From Calditrichia bacterium (GTDB lineage: Bacteria; Calditrichota; Calditrichia; RBG-13-44-9; J075): a stretch of 64,000 nucleotides of DNA. Below are positions 1-10,169 of the stretch, in pieces. The notes below the pieces were generated by a model. It saw only the letters and a list, made by a program, of their open reading frames with translations. It had not been told where the DNA came from and made no database searches. Positions within the stretch are counted from its first letter, which is position 1. Each line of letters starts with the position of its first letter. A program made the position numbers and the translations under genes. The stretch covers positions 300,983-364,982 of the forward strand of contig JBOEGD010000011.1 in the NCBI GenBank assembly GCA_050633245.1. The letters run 5' to 3'.

Positions 1-2
1 AC

Positions 3-1328
3 AAAACCGGGCCGCTGAATCTTACCGAGTGGGATTCTTCTGATCTGCTTGTCATACCACTGGAAACGCGAAATGAAATATTGGGCTACCTCGCTGTTGG
101 CGATCCGGTCGATCGCCTCAAGCCAACTCCCGAGAAGGTTGTTCCGCTGGAATACTATGCCAACCAGGCGTCCGTTGCAGTTGAAAACACGAATCTCTAT
201 GAGCGTCTGAAAGCCAGTCAGGAGCGCTATCGATCTCTGGCTGAAACAATGAGCATGGGGCTTCTTACTTGTAACAAGCATCAACAGATTGCTTACGTGA
301 ATCCTGCGTTTTGCAAACTGCTCGGGCGGGATATGCAAGACTTGATAGGATTACAGCTAAAGGAATTCTTCTCTCTGACATCTCATGAAGGATTAGATGA
401 GGTGATCGATAAGCTGCTTGATCAGGAAAGCGATGAGCTTACCAAAATAGAAAACCTTGAATTCGATCTGAAGAGTAAAAGCGGTGAGGTTGTACCGGTC
501 TCATTGTTTGGGTTCCCGCTCTTTGAACAGCGCGTAAAAACCGGTTTTTTTCTAATCCTTAACGACTTGCGCGTCATTAAACGCCTGGAGCGAATGAAGT
601 CGGACTTCAATTCCATGATCGTGCACGATCTGCGCTCTCCCATGAACGTCATTCAGGGTTTTCTTGAGCTAATACGCAATAAAGTTGTAGGTGATGTGAA
701 TGAGGAGCAGGAAGAACTTCTGGATATCTCCAAAGAGAATGTCAAAAAAGTGCTTACTCTGGTAGACAACTTTCTTGTGGCTTCCAAGCTGGAGGTTGGC
801 AAGTTTCGCATCGACAAAAAACTGGATGAAATTAATAATCTGGTTCGTCAGCAGGTTGAGAATCACAAAGTGCTGGTTAAGAATAAACAGATAGACATGC
901 AGCTGAATCTTGATGAAAACCTTCCGTTACTGCAGTTTGATAGTCTTCGCATCGAGCAGGTTGTAAATAACTTGTTGAGCAATGCCATGAAATTTACGCC
1001 GGAGCGTGGTAAGATCTTTGTCGCCTCGGCGCTTGAAAAATCTCAGGAAAATGGCAGCCTGAAGTACTTTGCCAAAATATCGGTTCAGGATACCGGTATT
1101 GGAATTCCTGTGGCAAAGATCGCTCATATTTTTGAGAAATATGAACAGGTTGAGGAAGGGCAAAGCTTTAATGTCCGTGGTACCGGCTTGGGGCTCTCTA
1201 TCTGTAAAGAAATCGTCGATCTTCACAACGGCCGCATTTGGGTGGAGAGTCCAACTGATGCCGGAAGTACCTTCTCATTTCTCCTGCCAATTGATTCTCC
1301 TGCAGAAACTGACCTGTCACTTTCATAA
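3..1328 (+). CDS. GAF/PAS sensor histidine kinase (5' truncated by window edge)
   Basis: Frame is open from position 3 (KTGPLNLTEWD...LLVIPLET, GAF-like tail YANQASVAVEN). PAS (YVNPAF), H-box VHDLRSPM, N-box NLLSNAMKF, G1 VQDTGIGI, G2 GTGLGL. Confidence 0.9.
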   Translation, partial: KTGPLNLTEWDSSDLLVIPLETRNEILGYLAVGDPVDRLKPTPEKVVPLEYYANQASVAVENTNLYERLKASQERYRSLAETMSMGLLTCNKHQQIAYVNPAFCKLLGRDMQDLIGLQLKEFFSLTSHEGLDEVIDKLLDQESDELTKIENLEFDLKSKSGEVVPVSLFGFPLFEQRVKTGFFLILNDLRVIKRLERMKSDFNSMIVHDLRSPMNVIQGFLELIRNKVVGDVNEEQEELLDISKENVKKVLTLVDNFLVASKLEVGKFRIDKKLDEINNLVRQQVENHKVLVKNKQIDMQLNLDENLPLLQFDSLRIEQVVNNLLSNAMKFTPERGKIFVASALEKSQENGSLKYFAKISVQDTGIGIPVAKIAHIFEKYEQVEEGQSFNVRGTGLGLSICKEIVDLHNGRIWVESPTDAGSTFSFLLPIDSPAETDLSLS

Positions 1329-1343
1329 ACTTTCTTTGGCGTT

Positions 1344-1371
1344 TTGACATTATCCTGCGTTTTGTTATGTT
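1344..1371 (+). promoter_or_regulatory. putative sigma70 promoter of mutS
   Basis: TTGACA (1344-1349), 16-nt spacer ending TGT, TATGTT (1366-1371), 57 nt before the ATG. Confidence 0.5.
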
Positions 1372-1428
1372 TGTCTCGCCCATCACTCTAATCAGTGACT
1401 TTACTTGAACAAAAACAGGCTATAAGGC

Positions 1429-4059
1429 ATGTCTGCAAAATCTGGTGCTAAATCGTCTAAAACGACTCCGATGATGGAGCAGTATCTCGAGATAAAGTCT
1501 CGATATCAGGATATGCTGCTTCTTTATCGCATGGGGGATTTTTACGAAACGTTTTATGAAGACGCCAAAACGGTTTCGCGGGTTGTTGGCATTGCCCTCA
1601 CCAAACGAGCTCACGGTAAATCTGCTGACGTGCCGCTGGCCGGTTTCCCTTATCATGCGCTGGATAACTATTTGCCGAAGTTGGTAGACGCCGGTTATCG
1701 GGTTGCTATTTGTGAGCAGGTGGAAGATCCGAAGAAGGCAAAAACTGTTGTAAAGCGCGACGTCGTTGAAGTCGTTACCCCCGGCACGGCACTCTCCGAT
1801 AAAATACTGGATCGAAATAGCAACAATTACCTGGCAGCAGTTACTGTAAGTGGCCAAGTTGCCGGAATTAGCTATGGAGATTTTTCAACCGGCGAGTTCT
1901 TTCTCTGCGAATTGGGCATCGAGAATCTTGTCAACTATTTACTTGAAATAAACCCACGCGAACTGCTCGTTTCCAGGCGTCAATACGATGAAATCATCCC
2001 CTCGTTGGAACGCCGACTCCCGGCAATCGTTACTCGGATTGACGATTGGATTTTCTCGCATAAATTTGCCTATGAAACGCTTACACGCCATTTTGCGACA
2101 TCGACCCTAAAGGGTTTTGGTGCAGAGGGTTACGAGTTAGGAACAACCTCTGCCGGTGCTATTCTGCATTATGCAGGAGAAAATGTTCAGGATCAGCTTC
2201 AGCATGTGCGTAAGCTGTCGGTTATCAGTCCGGATGAGTTCATGATCCTCGATCAATCTACCCGGCGGAATCTTGAAATAACAAGTGCTATTTCGGCGGA
2301 GACCAATGAAGGCACGCTGTTGGCCGTTATTGACCATACGATGACGCCGATGGGTGGTCGCCTTTTGCGGCAGCTGATAACACATCCACTGGTGCGCATG
2401 GCTGCAATTATTGAACGCCTCGAAAAAGTCGATGCGTTTTATCAGGATGCCGATTTATTACAATCTGCTCGCGAGCACCTGCGCAACATCGGAGATCTCG
2501 AGCGGCTTTATGGTCGAATTACGACCGGGCGTGCCAGTCCGCGAGACTTGATTACGCTGCGCAATGCTCTCACGCATATAGAACCGCTTAAGAAAACGCT
2601 TGGCGACTCGACTGCTGAGGCGATTGCTGCCTATGTAGATGGATTGGCGGATACCGGACAGGTGATTGAAGAGATTTCCAGAGCTATGGTCGATGAGCCT
2701 CCACAGACTATAACAGATGGCGGAATTATTCGCGAAGGATATAATGCCGAACTGGATGAGCTGCGCTCGATAAGCCGGGAGGGAAAATCCTGGATGGTCG
2801 ATTTGCAAACGCGCGAAAAAGAAAGCAGTGGTATTCCATCGCTGAAAATCGGCTTTAACAAGGTTTTTGGGTATTACTTTGAAGTGACTCGGGCGCATCA
2901 GGATAAAGTGCCTGAACATTTTATCAGAAAGCAGACTCTGGTGAATGCCGAGCGCTACATTACTCCGGATTTGAAGGAATTTGAAGAAAAGGTGCTTGGC
3001 GCAGAAGAGCGTATGTCTGAGCTGGAACACCGCTTGTTTCAGGAATTGCGCGAGCAGGTGGCGGGTTATGGAGAAACAATTCAACACAATGCACGTCTGA
3101 TTGCAGAGATTGATGCACTATCCGGAATGGCAAACGTCGCAAAAGAAAACAACTACGTAAAGCCCGAGGTAAACGACTCGGATGTGATTGACATCGTAGG
3201 TGGACGGCATCCGGTGGTAGAGCATCTACTTGGTCATGATAAGCCGTTTATTGATAACGACACTGCACTCCAGACGTCCGATACACAAATCATGTTGATT
3301 ACCGGGCCGAACATGTCTGGAAAGTCTACGTATCTACGGCAGGTGGGGTTAATCACGCTTATGGCTCAGATTGGCTCGTTTGTCCCGGCAACAAAAGCTT
3401 CAATCGGCATCGTCGATCGCATTTTTACACGGGTAGGGGCCTCGGACAATCTTGCCTTCGGAGAAAGTACTTTCATGGTTGAGATGCTGGAATCGGCGAA
3501 CATTCTCAATAACGCCACCGCGCATAGTCTGATTCTACTCGACGAGATTGGGCGCGGAACCAGCACCTACGATGGACTGTCTATTGCATGGGCCTTAACC
3601 GAATATCTTCATCACAACAAGAAGGTTGCTGCTCGAACTCTTTTCGCAACGCATTACCACGAGTTAACAGAGTTGGCGATGCTCTATCCACGCATAAAAA
3701 ACTTCCGGGTTGCCGTTCAGGAGTATGAAGACCATGTTGTTTTTTTGCATAAGATAGAAGCGGGTGGCATGGATAACTCATACGGTATTTACGTCGCCCA
3801 AATGGCCGGACTGCCAATCGACGTCGTTCGCAGGGCGCGAGAGGTCTTGCACAACCTTGAAAGCAGTGAACGCGAGAAGAATAAACCGTCTCGTATTAAA
3901 AACAGCGACAGCAGTGCATTAGACAAGCAGCAGCTCAGTTTGTTTGCCCCCACGTCTTCTGTTGTCGAGAACGAGCTGCAGAAAATTGATTTGAACAATT
4001 TAACGCCAATTGATGCGTTGTTAAAGTTGCGAGAGCTGAAAGCACATCTGAAGAGCTAA
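1429..4059 (+). CDS. mutS: DNA mismatch repair protein MutS
   Basis: TPMMEQY, GDFYE mismatch-binding motif, Walker A TGPNMSGKS, DEIGRGT, ATHYHEL; 876 aa. Confidence 0.98.
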   Translation: MSAKSGAKSSKTTPMMEQYLEIKSRYQDMLLLYRMGDFYETFYEDAKTVSRVVGIALTKRAHGKSADVPLAGFPYHALDNYLPKLVDAGYRVAICEQVEDPKKAKTVVKRDVVEVVTPGTALSDKILDRNSNNYLAAVTVSGQVAGISYGDFSTGEFFLCELGIENLVNYLLEINPRELLVSRRQYDEIIPSLERRLPAIVTRIDDWIFSHKFAYETLTRHFATSTLKGFGAEGYELGTTSAGAILHYAGENVQDQLQHVRKLSVISPDEFMILDQSTRRNLEITSAISAETNEGTLLAVIDHTMTPMGGRLLRQLITHPLVRMAAIIERLEKVDAFYQDADLLQSAREHLRNIGDLERLYGRITTGRASPRDLITLRNALTHIEPLKKTLGDSTAEAIAAYVDGLADTGQVIEEISRAMVDEPPQTITDGGIIREGYNAELDELRSISREGKSWMVDLQTREKESSGIPSLKIGFNKVFGYYFEVTRAHQDKVPEHFIRKQTLVNAERYITPDLKEFEEKVLGAEERMSELEHRLFQELREQVAGYGETIQHNARLIAEIDALSGMANVAKENNYVKPEVNDSDVIDIVGGRHPVVEHLLGHDKPFIDNDTALQTSDTQIMLITGPNMSGKSTYLRQVGLITLMAQIGSFVPATKASIGIVDRIFTRVGASDNLAFGESTFMVEMLESANILNNATAHSLILLDEIGRGTSTYDGLSIAWALTEYLHHNKKVAARTLFATHYHELTELAMLYPRIKNFRVAVQEYEDHVVFLHKIEAGGMDNSYGIYVAQMAGLPIDVVRRAREVLHNLESSEREKNKPSRIKNSDSSALDKQQLSLFAPTSSVVENELQKIDLNNLTPIDALLKLRELKAHLKS

Positions 4060-4114
4060 ATGCAACTTGTTTGTATGCAACTACTTAATTCTATAATATT
4101 TATAAAATTTAGCC

Positions 4115-4143
4115 TTGCAAAATTTAGCAGGTTCGGTTATCTT
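4115..4143 (+). promoter_or_regulatory. putative sigma70 promoter of HU/IHF gene
   Basis: TTGCAA, 17 nt, TATCTT; AAAATTTAGC direct repeat at 4104-4113 and 4119-4128 flanks and overlaps the -35. Confidence 0.5.
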
Positions 4144-4196
4144 CACTAAAATTTCAAACCTGCATACTCGTTACACTAGTCTTTGGAGGCGACTGT

Positions 4197-4520
4197 ATGA
4201 GAACCGTTACTAAGAAAGAAGTCGCAAAACGCGTCGCCAAAATGATGGGGCAGAAGATTTATATTACGGAAGATTTCGTAAATGCAGTCTTTCAGTCTCT
4301 CCGGGAGATCTTGAGTGAAGCAGATCCGGAAATCCGAATTGAGATTCGTGATTTTGGTGTGTTTGAAGTCAAGGAAACCAAGCCTAAGCCAAAAGCACGC
4401 AACCCGCGAACCGGACAGATTATTTATGTTCCGGCCAGACGTAAAACCCATTTTAAACCGGGTAAACTATTGAAGGATATTTTAAAGGAACCGCTAGATC
4501 AAAATGATTCTTCAAAGTAG
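4197..4520 (+). CDS. HU/IHF family DNA-binding protein
   Basis: TKKEV...IEIRDFGVFEV...ARNPRTG...FKPGK signature; GGAGG SD upstream. Confidence 0.93.
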   Translation: MRTVTKKEVAKRVAKMMGQKIYITEDFVNAVFQSLREILSEADPEIRIEIRDFGVFEVKETKPKPKARNPRTGQIIYVPARRKTHFKPGKLLKDILKEPLDQNDSSK

Positions 4521-4561
4521 ACAATTTTTATTTAAAAATTTAATTCTTGCCAGTTTTATAT

Positions 4562-4593
4562 GCCGCTCTTCTGTTACCAAGGGGCGGCTTTTT
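4562..4593 (+). terminator. rho-independent terminator
   Basis: GCCGCTCTT...AAGGGGCGGC hairpin followed by TTTTT. Confidence 0.7.
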
Positions 4594-4643
4594 CATATTA
4601 ACCCACGTTTTAATTTTCTGGAATTGCAAGTCGGAGCCGCTTT

Positions 4644-5681
4644 ATGAGTCAGTCCTCTCGAAGCCCTTTGAAGGTTGCACTGGTCGGTTGTGGAGGCGTT
4701 GCACAGATTGTGCACCTGCCGATTTTAAACACGCTGAAGAATGTCGAGGTTGTTGCCCTTTGCGATATCGATACCCGAAAAGCATCAATACTGGCCAATC
4801 GCTTTAATATTGCACATATTTATGATGACATTGTGCAGATGTTGGATACACATGAGCTGGACTTGGTGTTTATTCTCACTCCCAATAACATGCACTTACC
4901 CATGAGTCTGATTGCTCTGGAACATAAGGTGAATGTGTTTTTGGAAAGACCTGCTGCGCGCACCGCCGGTGAGGTTCAACGTATCGCGGATGCGGCCAAG
5001 CAGCATGGCTGCAGCGTGATGGTGGGGATGCACAGTCGTTTTCGTCCAGACATCAAGGCAATCCGAAAGTTTGTATCGCAAAAGACTCTCGGAGATGTGT
5101 TCTTTATTCGTTCCCAGTGGATGCAGGCCGAATTTGAGGTGCTAAAACAGCCGTGGCTTTTGAGCAAGAGCATTGCTGGAGGTGGTGTGCTTATGGATCT
5201 TGGCGTCCAGCTGATCGACACCACCTGGTGGATGTTGGGCAAACCAAAGCTGCGCAGTGTTATGGCGACCAGTCATCAAATAGACGCGAACCTGGAAGTA
5301 GAAGACTTCTGTAGCTTTCAGCTCAATTTTGAAGACAGCGCGACGCTGGCCTGTGATATCAGCTGGAATTTCCCGATCCCGCAGGACCGTTTTCACGCGG
5401 CTCTTTACTCTTCTATCGGATCGCTGACCCTTAATCCTTTCAATATTTCCAAGCTTTGGCAGGGAAAGCAAATTGATATGACGCCACCGGTACCGCGAAA
5501 CGGAGCCATTCTCTTTCGTCAGGCCTATCAGAGTCAACTACAGCATATTGTCAATTTCCTGCAGGGTCGAGAAGAGAGTCTTGAATCGGATATTCAGGAT
5601 GCGGTCGAAGTGCACAAAATATTGGATACGCTTTACGCTTCACTTGCTGCCGGCGGATCATCCACTAATTTTTCGGGATAG
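4644..5681 (+). CDS. Gfo/Idh/MocA family NAD(P)-dependent oxidoreductase
   Basis: VALVGCGGVA Rossmann motif, TPNNMH, ERP (EKP-like), GGGVLMDLGV. Confidence 0.9.
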   Translation: MSQSSRSPLKVALVGCGGVAQIVHLPILNTLKNVEVVALCDIDTRKASILANRFNIAHIYDDIVQMLDTHELDLVFILTPNNMHLPMSLIALEHKVNVFLERPAARTAGEVQRIADAAKQHGCSVMVGMHSRFRPDIKAIRKFVSQKTLGDVFFIRSQWMQAEFEVLKQPWLLSKSIAGGGVLMDLGVQLIDTTWWMLGKPKLRSVMATSHQIDANLEVEDFCSFQLNFEDSATLACDISWNFPIPQDRFHAALYSSIGSLTLNPFNISKLWQGKQIDMTPPVPRNGAILFRQAYQSQLQHIVNFLQGREESLESDIQDAVEVHKILDTLYASLAAGGSSTNFSG

Positions 5682-5687
5682 AGTGCA

Positions 5688-6338
5688 ATGAATGAGGATT
5701 TACCAACCCATGCCTTCAGCTTGTTGTTGCTGATTTTTGCAACACTGGTTGCGTCAATTCTCAGTAGTCCGCTTCAGGCGCAGTATGCCGGCAAGTCGAA
5801 TGATGTCCTTGTGTCTGAGCTCTTGACAGAACGAATTCTACCTGTCATCGAGGAAAAGCTGGTCAATCCTTCACCGCTTCGTTTTACTACTCCCAAACCC
5901 AGCCCGTTAGCGACCTGGATTGAGGCGAAATTAACTGAGGCTTGCCTTCAAAAAGAATATGTTGTTTATTCCAGCGCGGATAGCGTAAAGACAATCTCGC
6001 TGGTTCGCTTTTCGAACCCGCAGGTGAAGATCGTATATCAAGCCGCTGCTCGTAGTTGGAACCTGCGTACGTCTGAGTATTCGCGCGATGTGATGCTGAC
6101 AATGCAGCTGGAAGTTGTTGATGCAAACGGTGTCGTTCAAGCGAGTATCCCGATAGAAGAAATCTATGCAGATCGCATATCTCGCAGCGACTTTGCAAGT
6201 CTGCAAAAGAGTCCTTTTAGCTTCCTTCGTGGAACAAAAAAAGATTCAGGGCTTATAAAACGCTGGTTAGAGCCTGTTGCGATGACAGCAGCTACGATGA
6301 CGGTTATTTATCTTTTTTATTCACTCAGGAGCAATTAA
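5688..6338 (+). CDS. hypothetical exported protein with C-terminal membrane helix
   Basis: N-terminal signal peptide (..SPLQA/QY), hydrophobic C-terminus; 6-nt and 2-nt gaps to neighbours. Confidence 0.7.
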   Translation: MNEDLPTHAFSLLLLIFATLVASILSSPLQAQYAGKSNDVLVSELLTERILPVIEEKLVNPSPLRFTTPKPSPLATWIEAKLTEACLQKEYVVYSSADSVKTISLVRFSNPQVKIVYQAAARSWNLRTSEYSRDVMLTMQLEVVDANGVVQASIPIEEIYADRISRSDFASLQKSPFSFLRGTKKDSGLIKRWLEPVAMTAATMTVIYLFYSLRSN

Positions 6339-6340
6339 CA

Positions 6341-7123
6341 ATGACGTTTAATTTGAAAAACTCTCTTTTACTTATAATAGCTGTTGCCTTTTTGGCAGCT
6401 TGTGGCGGCAACGTTCGCAAGCAGGATTTGGGTCCGGACGCGTATTTTGAATTTGCTAAGAACAAGTTCGATAATGGCGACTATGTAGAATCAATTACCG
6501 ACTTTACCGTAATCGTGTTGAAGTTTAGCGGGAATCCGGTAGTTGATGATGCACAGTATTATCTCGCGGAAAGCCATTTTAAAGAGGGTGATTATATTAT
6601 TGCCGTTGCAGAATACAACAAACTTCTCAGCGATTACCCACAAAGCGAATACCGGGTGCTTGCTCAGTTTAAACGTGGAATGGCTTTTTATGAATTGTCT
6701 CCTCGGCCCGAACTCGATCAGGAATACACGCGCCGTGCTATTCGTAGCTTTCAGGAGTTTGTTGAAGAAAATGCGGGTCATGAACTGACCCCCAAAGCCG
6801 AAGGCTATATCGCTGAATTGCGTGGCAAGCTTGCCTTTAAGAAAATGACCGGTGGTGAGACCTACCGCAAAAAAGGTGAGTATGATGCGGCCATTATCTA
6901 TTACGATTTGGTCATCAAAGAATATTTTGATTCTGCTCCCGCTGGTGATGCCATGTATTGGAAAGGGCACTGTCAACTTAAGACAAAGCAGTATGAAGAA
7001 GCTCAGACAACGCTAAGCCTTTTTCTTGAAAAATATCCGGAGCACAAAAATATCGGCAAGGCGAAGAAGATGATTGAGGAAGCACACGACAATCTGCAAA
7101 AGACTGCTAAAGGTGATTCCTGA
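6341..7123 (+). CDS. bamD: outer membrane protein assembly factor BamD
   Basis: Lipobox LAAC, TPR helices, ELDQEYTRRAIRSFQEF and AAIIYY segments typical of BamD. Confidence 0.88.
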   Translation: MTFNLKNSLLLIIAVAFLAACGGNVRKQDLGPDAYFEFAKNKFDNGDYVESITDFTVIVLKFSGNPVVDDAQYYLAESHFKEGDYIIAVAEYNKLLSDYPQSEYRVLAQFKRGMAFYELSPRPELDQEYTRRAIRSFQEFVEENAGHELTPKAEGYIAELRGKLAFKKMTGGETYRKKGEYDAAIIYYDLVIKEYFDSAPAGDAMYWKGHCQLKTKQYEEAQTTLSLFLEKYPEHKNIGKAKKMIEEAHDNLQKTAKGDS

Positions 7124-7722
7124 GCGGGTCGCCACGCCGGATTGGTCTGTTTGGAGGAACATTTGATCCGGTTCATCTCGGGCATCTCTTAATTGCCGAA
7201 TTAATCAGAGACGAACTGGATCTTGAAAAAGTGCTCTTCATTCCTGTCGGACAGCATGCAATCAAGAATAATGAGAACATCACCTCTGCCAACCATCGAT
7301 TGGCGATGCTGCAAATTGCTCTAAGTACAAACGATTATTTCGAATTGAGTGATATCGAAATAAGCAAGCCTGCCATATCCTATACCATCGATACAATCCG
7401 AGATCTAAAAAGTCAGTACTGTTCTGATGACGCGGAGTTCTATTTTCTGACGGGGATTGATAACATCAATAGCTTTCATCGCTGGAAGAACCCGGAAGAA
7501 CTGGTAAAGGAATGCCGTTTTATCGCCTTTGGGCGCCCTGGTTATAAACCTTTCTCGGAAGAGACGCCCTATCGACAACAATTTACCGAAGTAGAAATTC
7601 CGCTTCTGGAAATTTCGTCCTCACAAGTTCGACGTCGAATTAGCGCAGGGAAAACGATTCGCTATTTGGTTCAACGTGGGGTTGAACGCTATATTCGTAA
7701 GAATAACCTCTATACACCATAA
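7120..7722 (+). CDS. nadD: nicotinate-nucleotide adenylyltransferase NadD (probable CTG start)
   Basis: Upstream of the ORF-track start the same frame reads [16 protein letters not shown] (HxGH, from 7141); also SYTIDT, GIDN, ISSSQVR. In-frame TGA at 7114 and no ATG/GTG/TTG before the motif, so CTG 7120 is proposed. Confidence 0.93.
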   Translation: MSGSPRRIGLFGGTFDPVHLGHLLIAELIRDELDLEKVLFIPVGQHAIKNNENITSANHRLAMLQIALSTNDYFELSDIEISKPAISYTIDTIRDLKSQYCSDDAEFYFLTGIDNINSFHRWKNPEELVKECRFIAFGRPGYKPFSEETPYRQQFTEVEIPLLEISSSQVRRRISAGKTIRYLVQRGVERYIRKNNLYTP

Positions 7723-7758
7723 ACGTCGATTTTAGACGTCGAGCCTACCAATTAGAAC

Positions 7759-7787
7759 TTGCAAAGATTGATAATAAGGCGTATATT
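7759..7787 (+). promoter_or_regulatory. putative sigma70 promoter of accB-accC-gcvH
   Basis: TTGCAA, 17 nt, TATATT; GGAGG SD before accB. Confidence 0.55.
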
Positions 7788-7826
7788 TTTCGGTCTATTT
7801 TATGCGTAACAGCCTTTGGAGGGTTA

Positions 7827-8300
7827 ATGGATATCCAGGAAATCAGGCAGTTGATCAAGCTTGTCGAAAAAAGTAAAATCGATGAACTTGAGATTGAGGA
7901 GGAAGGGAAAAAAATCCGCATCAGCAAGAATTCTATTTCTGCCGAGGCATTTAGTCAGCAGAGCCAGGTTTATATGGCTCCACCAGCAATGCAGGCCGCT
8001 GCTCCGGCAGCTAACGCACCAGTTGCTGCTGCTGAGTCGGTTGAGAAACCGGCTTCATCGGATTACCTTGAGGTACGGTCTCCAATGGTCGGAACTTTCT
8101 ACCGCTCACCGGCACCGGATCAAGACCACTATGTAAGTGAGGGCGACAAAGTAAATGAAGGTTCGCCACTTTGTATAATTGAAGCTATGAAGCTAATGAA
8201 CGAGGTTGTCTCTGACTACAGCGGGCGTATTGCCAAAATTATGGTAGAAAACGCTCAGCCGGTTGAATACAATCAAGTCCTTTTTCTCATCGAAAAATAG
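7827..8300 (+). CDS. accB: acetyl-CoA carboxylase biotin carboxyl carrier protein
   Basis: Ala/Pro linker, [16 protein letters not shown] biotinylation motif. Confidence 0.97.
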   Translation: MDIQEIRQLIKLVEKSKIDELEIEEEGKKIRISKNSISAEAFSQQSQVYMAPPAMQAAAPAANAPVAAAESVEKPASSDYLEVRSPMVGTFYRSPAPDQDHYVSEGDKVNEGSPLCIIEAMKLMNEVVSDYSGRIAKIMVENAQPVEYNQVLFLIEK

Positions 8301-8339
8301 CCAATCTTTTTACGGAATCGCCTAAACCAGGAAACCGTT

Positions 8340-9725
8340 TTGTTCTCGAAGATCCTTATTGCAAATCGCGGAGAAATTGCGCTCCGCATTATCCGCGCCT
8401 GTAAAGAACTCGGCGTCAAAACCGTCGCTGTCTATTCAACTCAGGATGAAACCGCCGCTCATACTATTTTTGCCGACGAGAGTGTTTGCATTGGTCCGCC
8501 AGCCGCTGGTCAGAGTTATTTAAATACGACGCGTATTCTTACAGCTGCCGAAATTACCGATGCCGATGCCATTCATCCCGGCTATGGCTTTCTTTCAGAA
8601 AATGCAGATTTTGCCGAAATGTGTAGTGCAGTTGGTCTCACATTTATTGGCCCTCCCGCCGAAGTAATTGATAAGATGGGAGATAAGGCCAAGGCCAAAC
8701 ACTACATGCGTCTGGCCGGTGTTCCGGTGGTACCAGGAAGCGATGGCGTTATCGGTTCTATTGAAGAATTGCACAAAGTAGCTGAGGAAACCGGTTACCC
8801 CGTCATCTTGAAAGCGGTTTCGGGTGGTGGTGGTAAGGGAATGCGGATTGTGCATGATTCAAAATCTCTTGAAAATGCCTTTATGATGGCCAGTGCAGAG
8901 GCAGAAGCCGGTTTTGGAAATGCCGAAATTTATGTCGAGAAGTATATCGATAAGCCAAGGCACATCGAAATTCAGCTGCTGGCAGATAGCCATGGGAATG
9001 TAATTCACCTCGGTGAACGCGAATGCTCTATTCAACGTCGCCATCAAAAATTGATTGAGGAAGCACCCTCACCGGTTGTTGATGCGGAAATGCGTGAAAA
9101 AATGGGTGCGGTCGCAGTTAAGGGGGCTGAATTCGTCGGCTATGAAAGCGCGGGAACAATTGAGTTTCTGGTTGATTCGCAGAAAAATTTCTATTTTATG
9201 GAGATGAATACCCGTATTCAGGTTGAGCATACCGTTACCGAGATGGTCTACAACGTCGATTTGATTAAGGAAATGATTCGCGTCGCTGCCGGCGAAAAGC
9301 TAAAGCTTAAGCAGAGCGATATTTATCCTCGCGGGCATGCTATAGAATGTCGAATTAATGCGGAAGATCCACAGGTGAATTTTATGCCTTCCCCCGGTGA
9401 AATAACCAATCTTCACCTGGCGGGTGGCCCGGGAATTCGCGTAGATACACATATTTACAATTCTTATAAGGTGCCGCCTTTCTATGATTCTCTGCTTGCA
9501 AAGCTGATCGTTATTGCCAGAAACAGGGAAGAGGCGATCCGCCGATTGAATCGGGCACTCGATGAGTTTATTGTTGAAGGAGTAAAAACCACAATACCGT
9601 TTCATAAATATGTCATTAATACACCGGAGTTTCAATCCGGCGATTTTGATACGCACTATCTTGAAAAAATTTACGAAAAAGCTAAAAAAGCCATGGCAGA
9701 AGATTCACAAGGGAGAGACGAATGA
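8340..9725 (+). CDS. accC: acetyl-CoA carboxylase biotin carboxylase subunit
   Basis: [39 protein letters not shown]; TTG start. Confidence 0.97.
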   Translation: MFSKILIANRGEIALRIIRACKELGVKTVAVYSTQDETAAHTIFADESVCIGPPAAGQSYLNTTRILTAAEITDADAIHPGYGFLSENADFAEMCSAVGLTFIGPPAEVIDKMGDKAKAKHYMRLAGVPVVPGSDGVIGSIEELHKVAEETGYPVILKAVSGGGGKGMRIVHDSKSLENAFMMASAEAEAGFGNAEIYVEKYIDKPRHIEIQLLADSHGNVIHLGERECSIQRRHQKLIEEAPSPVVDAEMREKMGAVAVKGAEFVGYESAGTIEFLVDSQKNFYFMEMNTRIQVEHTVTEMVYNVDLIKEMIRVAAGEKLKLKQSDIYPRGHAIECRINAEDPQVNFMPSPGEITNLHLAGGPGIRVDTHIYNSYKVPPFYDSLLAKLIVIARNREEAIRRLNRALDEFIVEGVKTTIPFHKYVINTPEFQSGDFDTHYLEKIYEKAKKAMAEDSQGRDE

Positions 9726-10093
9726 TTCCATCCGATTTGAAGTATACAGCAGAACATGAGTGGGCAAAAATTGAAGGCGATACAATGACAGTCGGTATTA
9801 CAGAGTATGCCCAGGGTGAACTGGGTGACATCGTTTTTGTGGAATTTCCTGCGGTTGGTGATGAAATCACGAAGGATGAATCCTTTGGGACCATTGAAGC
9901 TGTTAAAGCTGTATCAGATCTATATGCCCCCATTACCGGCACCGTGGTAGCCATTAATGAAGCCTTAGCCGACGCACCGGATGCGATCAATAGTGACCCC
10001 TATGGTGATGGTTGGATGATAAAAATAAAAATCGCTGACGCCGCCGAACTCGATTCGCTGTTAAGCAGTGATCAATATGGCGAGTTAGTTTAG
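9722..10093 (+). CDS. gcvH: glycine cleavage system H protein
   Basis: [20 protein letters not shown], lipoyl motif IEAVKA, DPYGDGW; ATGA overlap with accC. Confidence 0.97.
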   Translation: MIPSDLKYTAEHEWAKIEGDTMTVGITEYAQGELGDIVFVEFPAVGDEITKDESFGTIEAVKAVSDLYAPITGTVVAINEALADAPDAINSDPYGDGWMIKIKIADAAELDSLLSSDQYGELV

Positions 10094-10169
10094 TCTCTCA
10101 CCCTGGAACAGAGCGTAGTAATTTCTTTTTTCGCTATTCTCTGGCCCTATTAGCTTCGATAACAGATAT

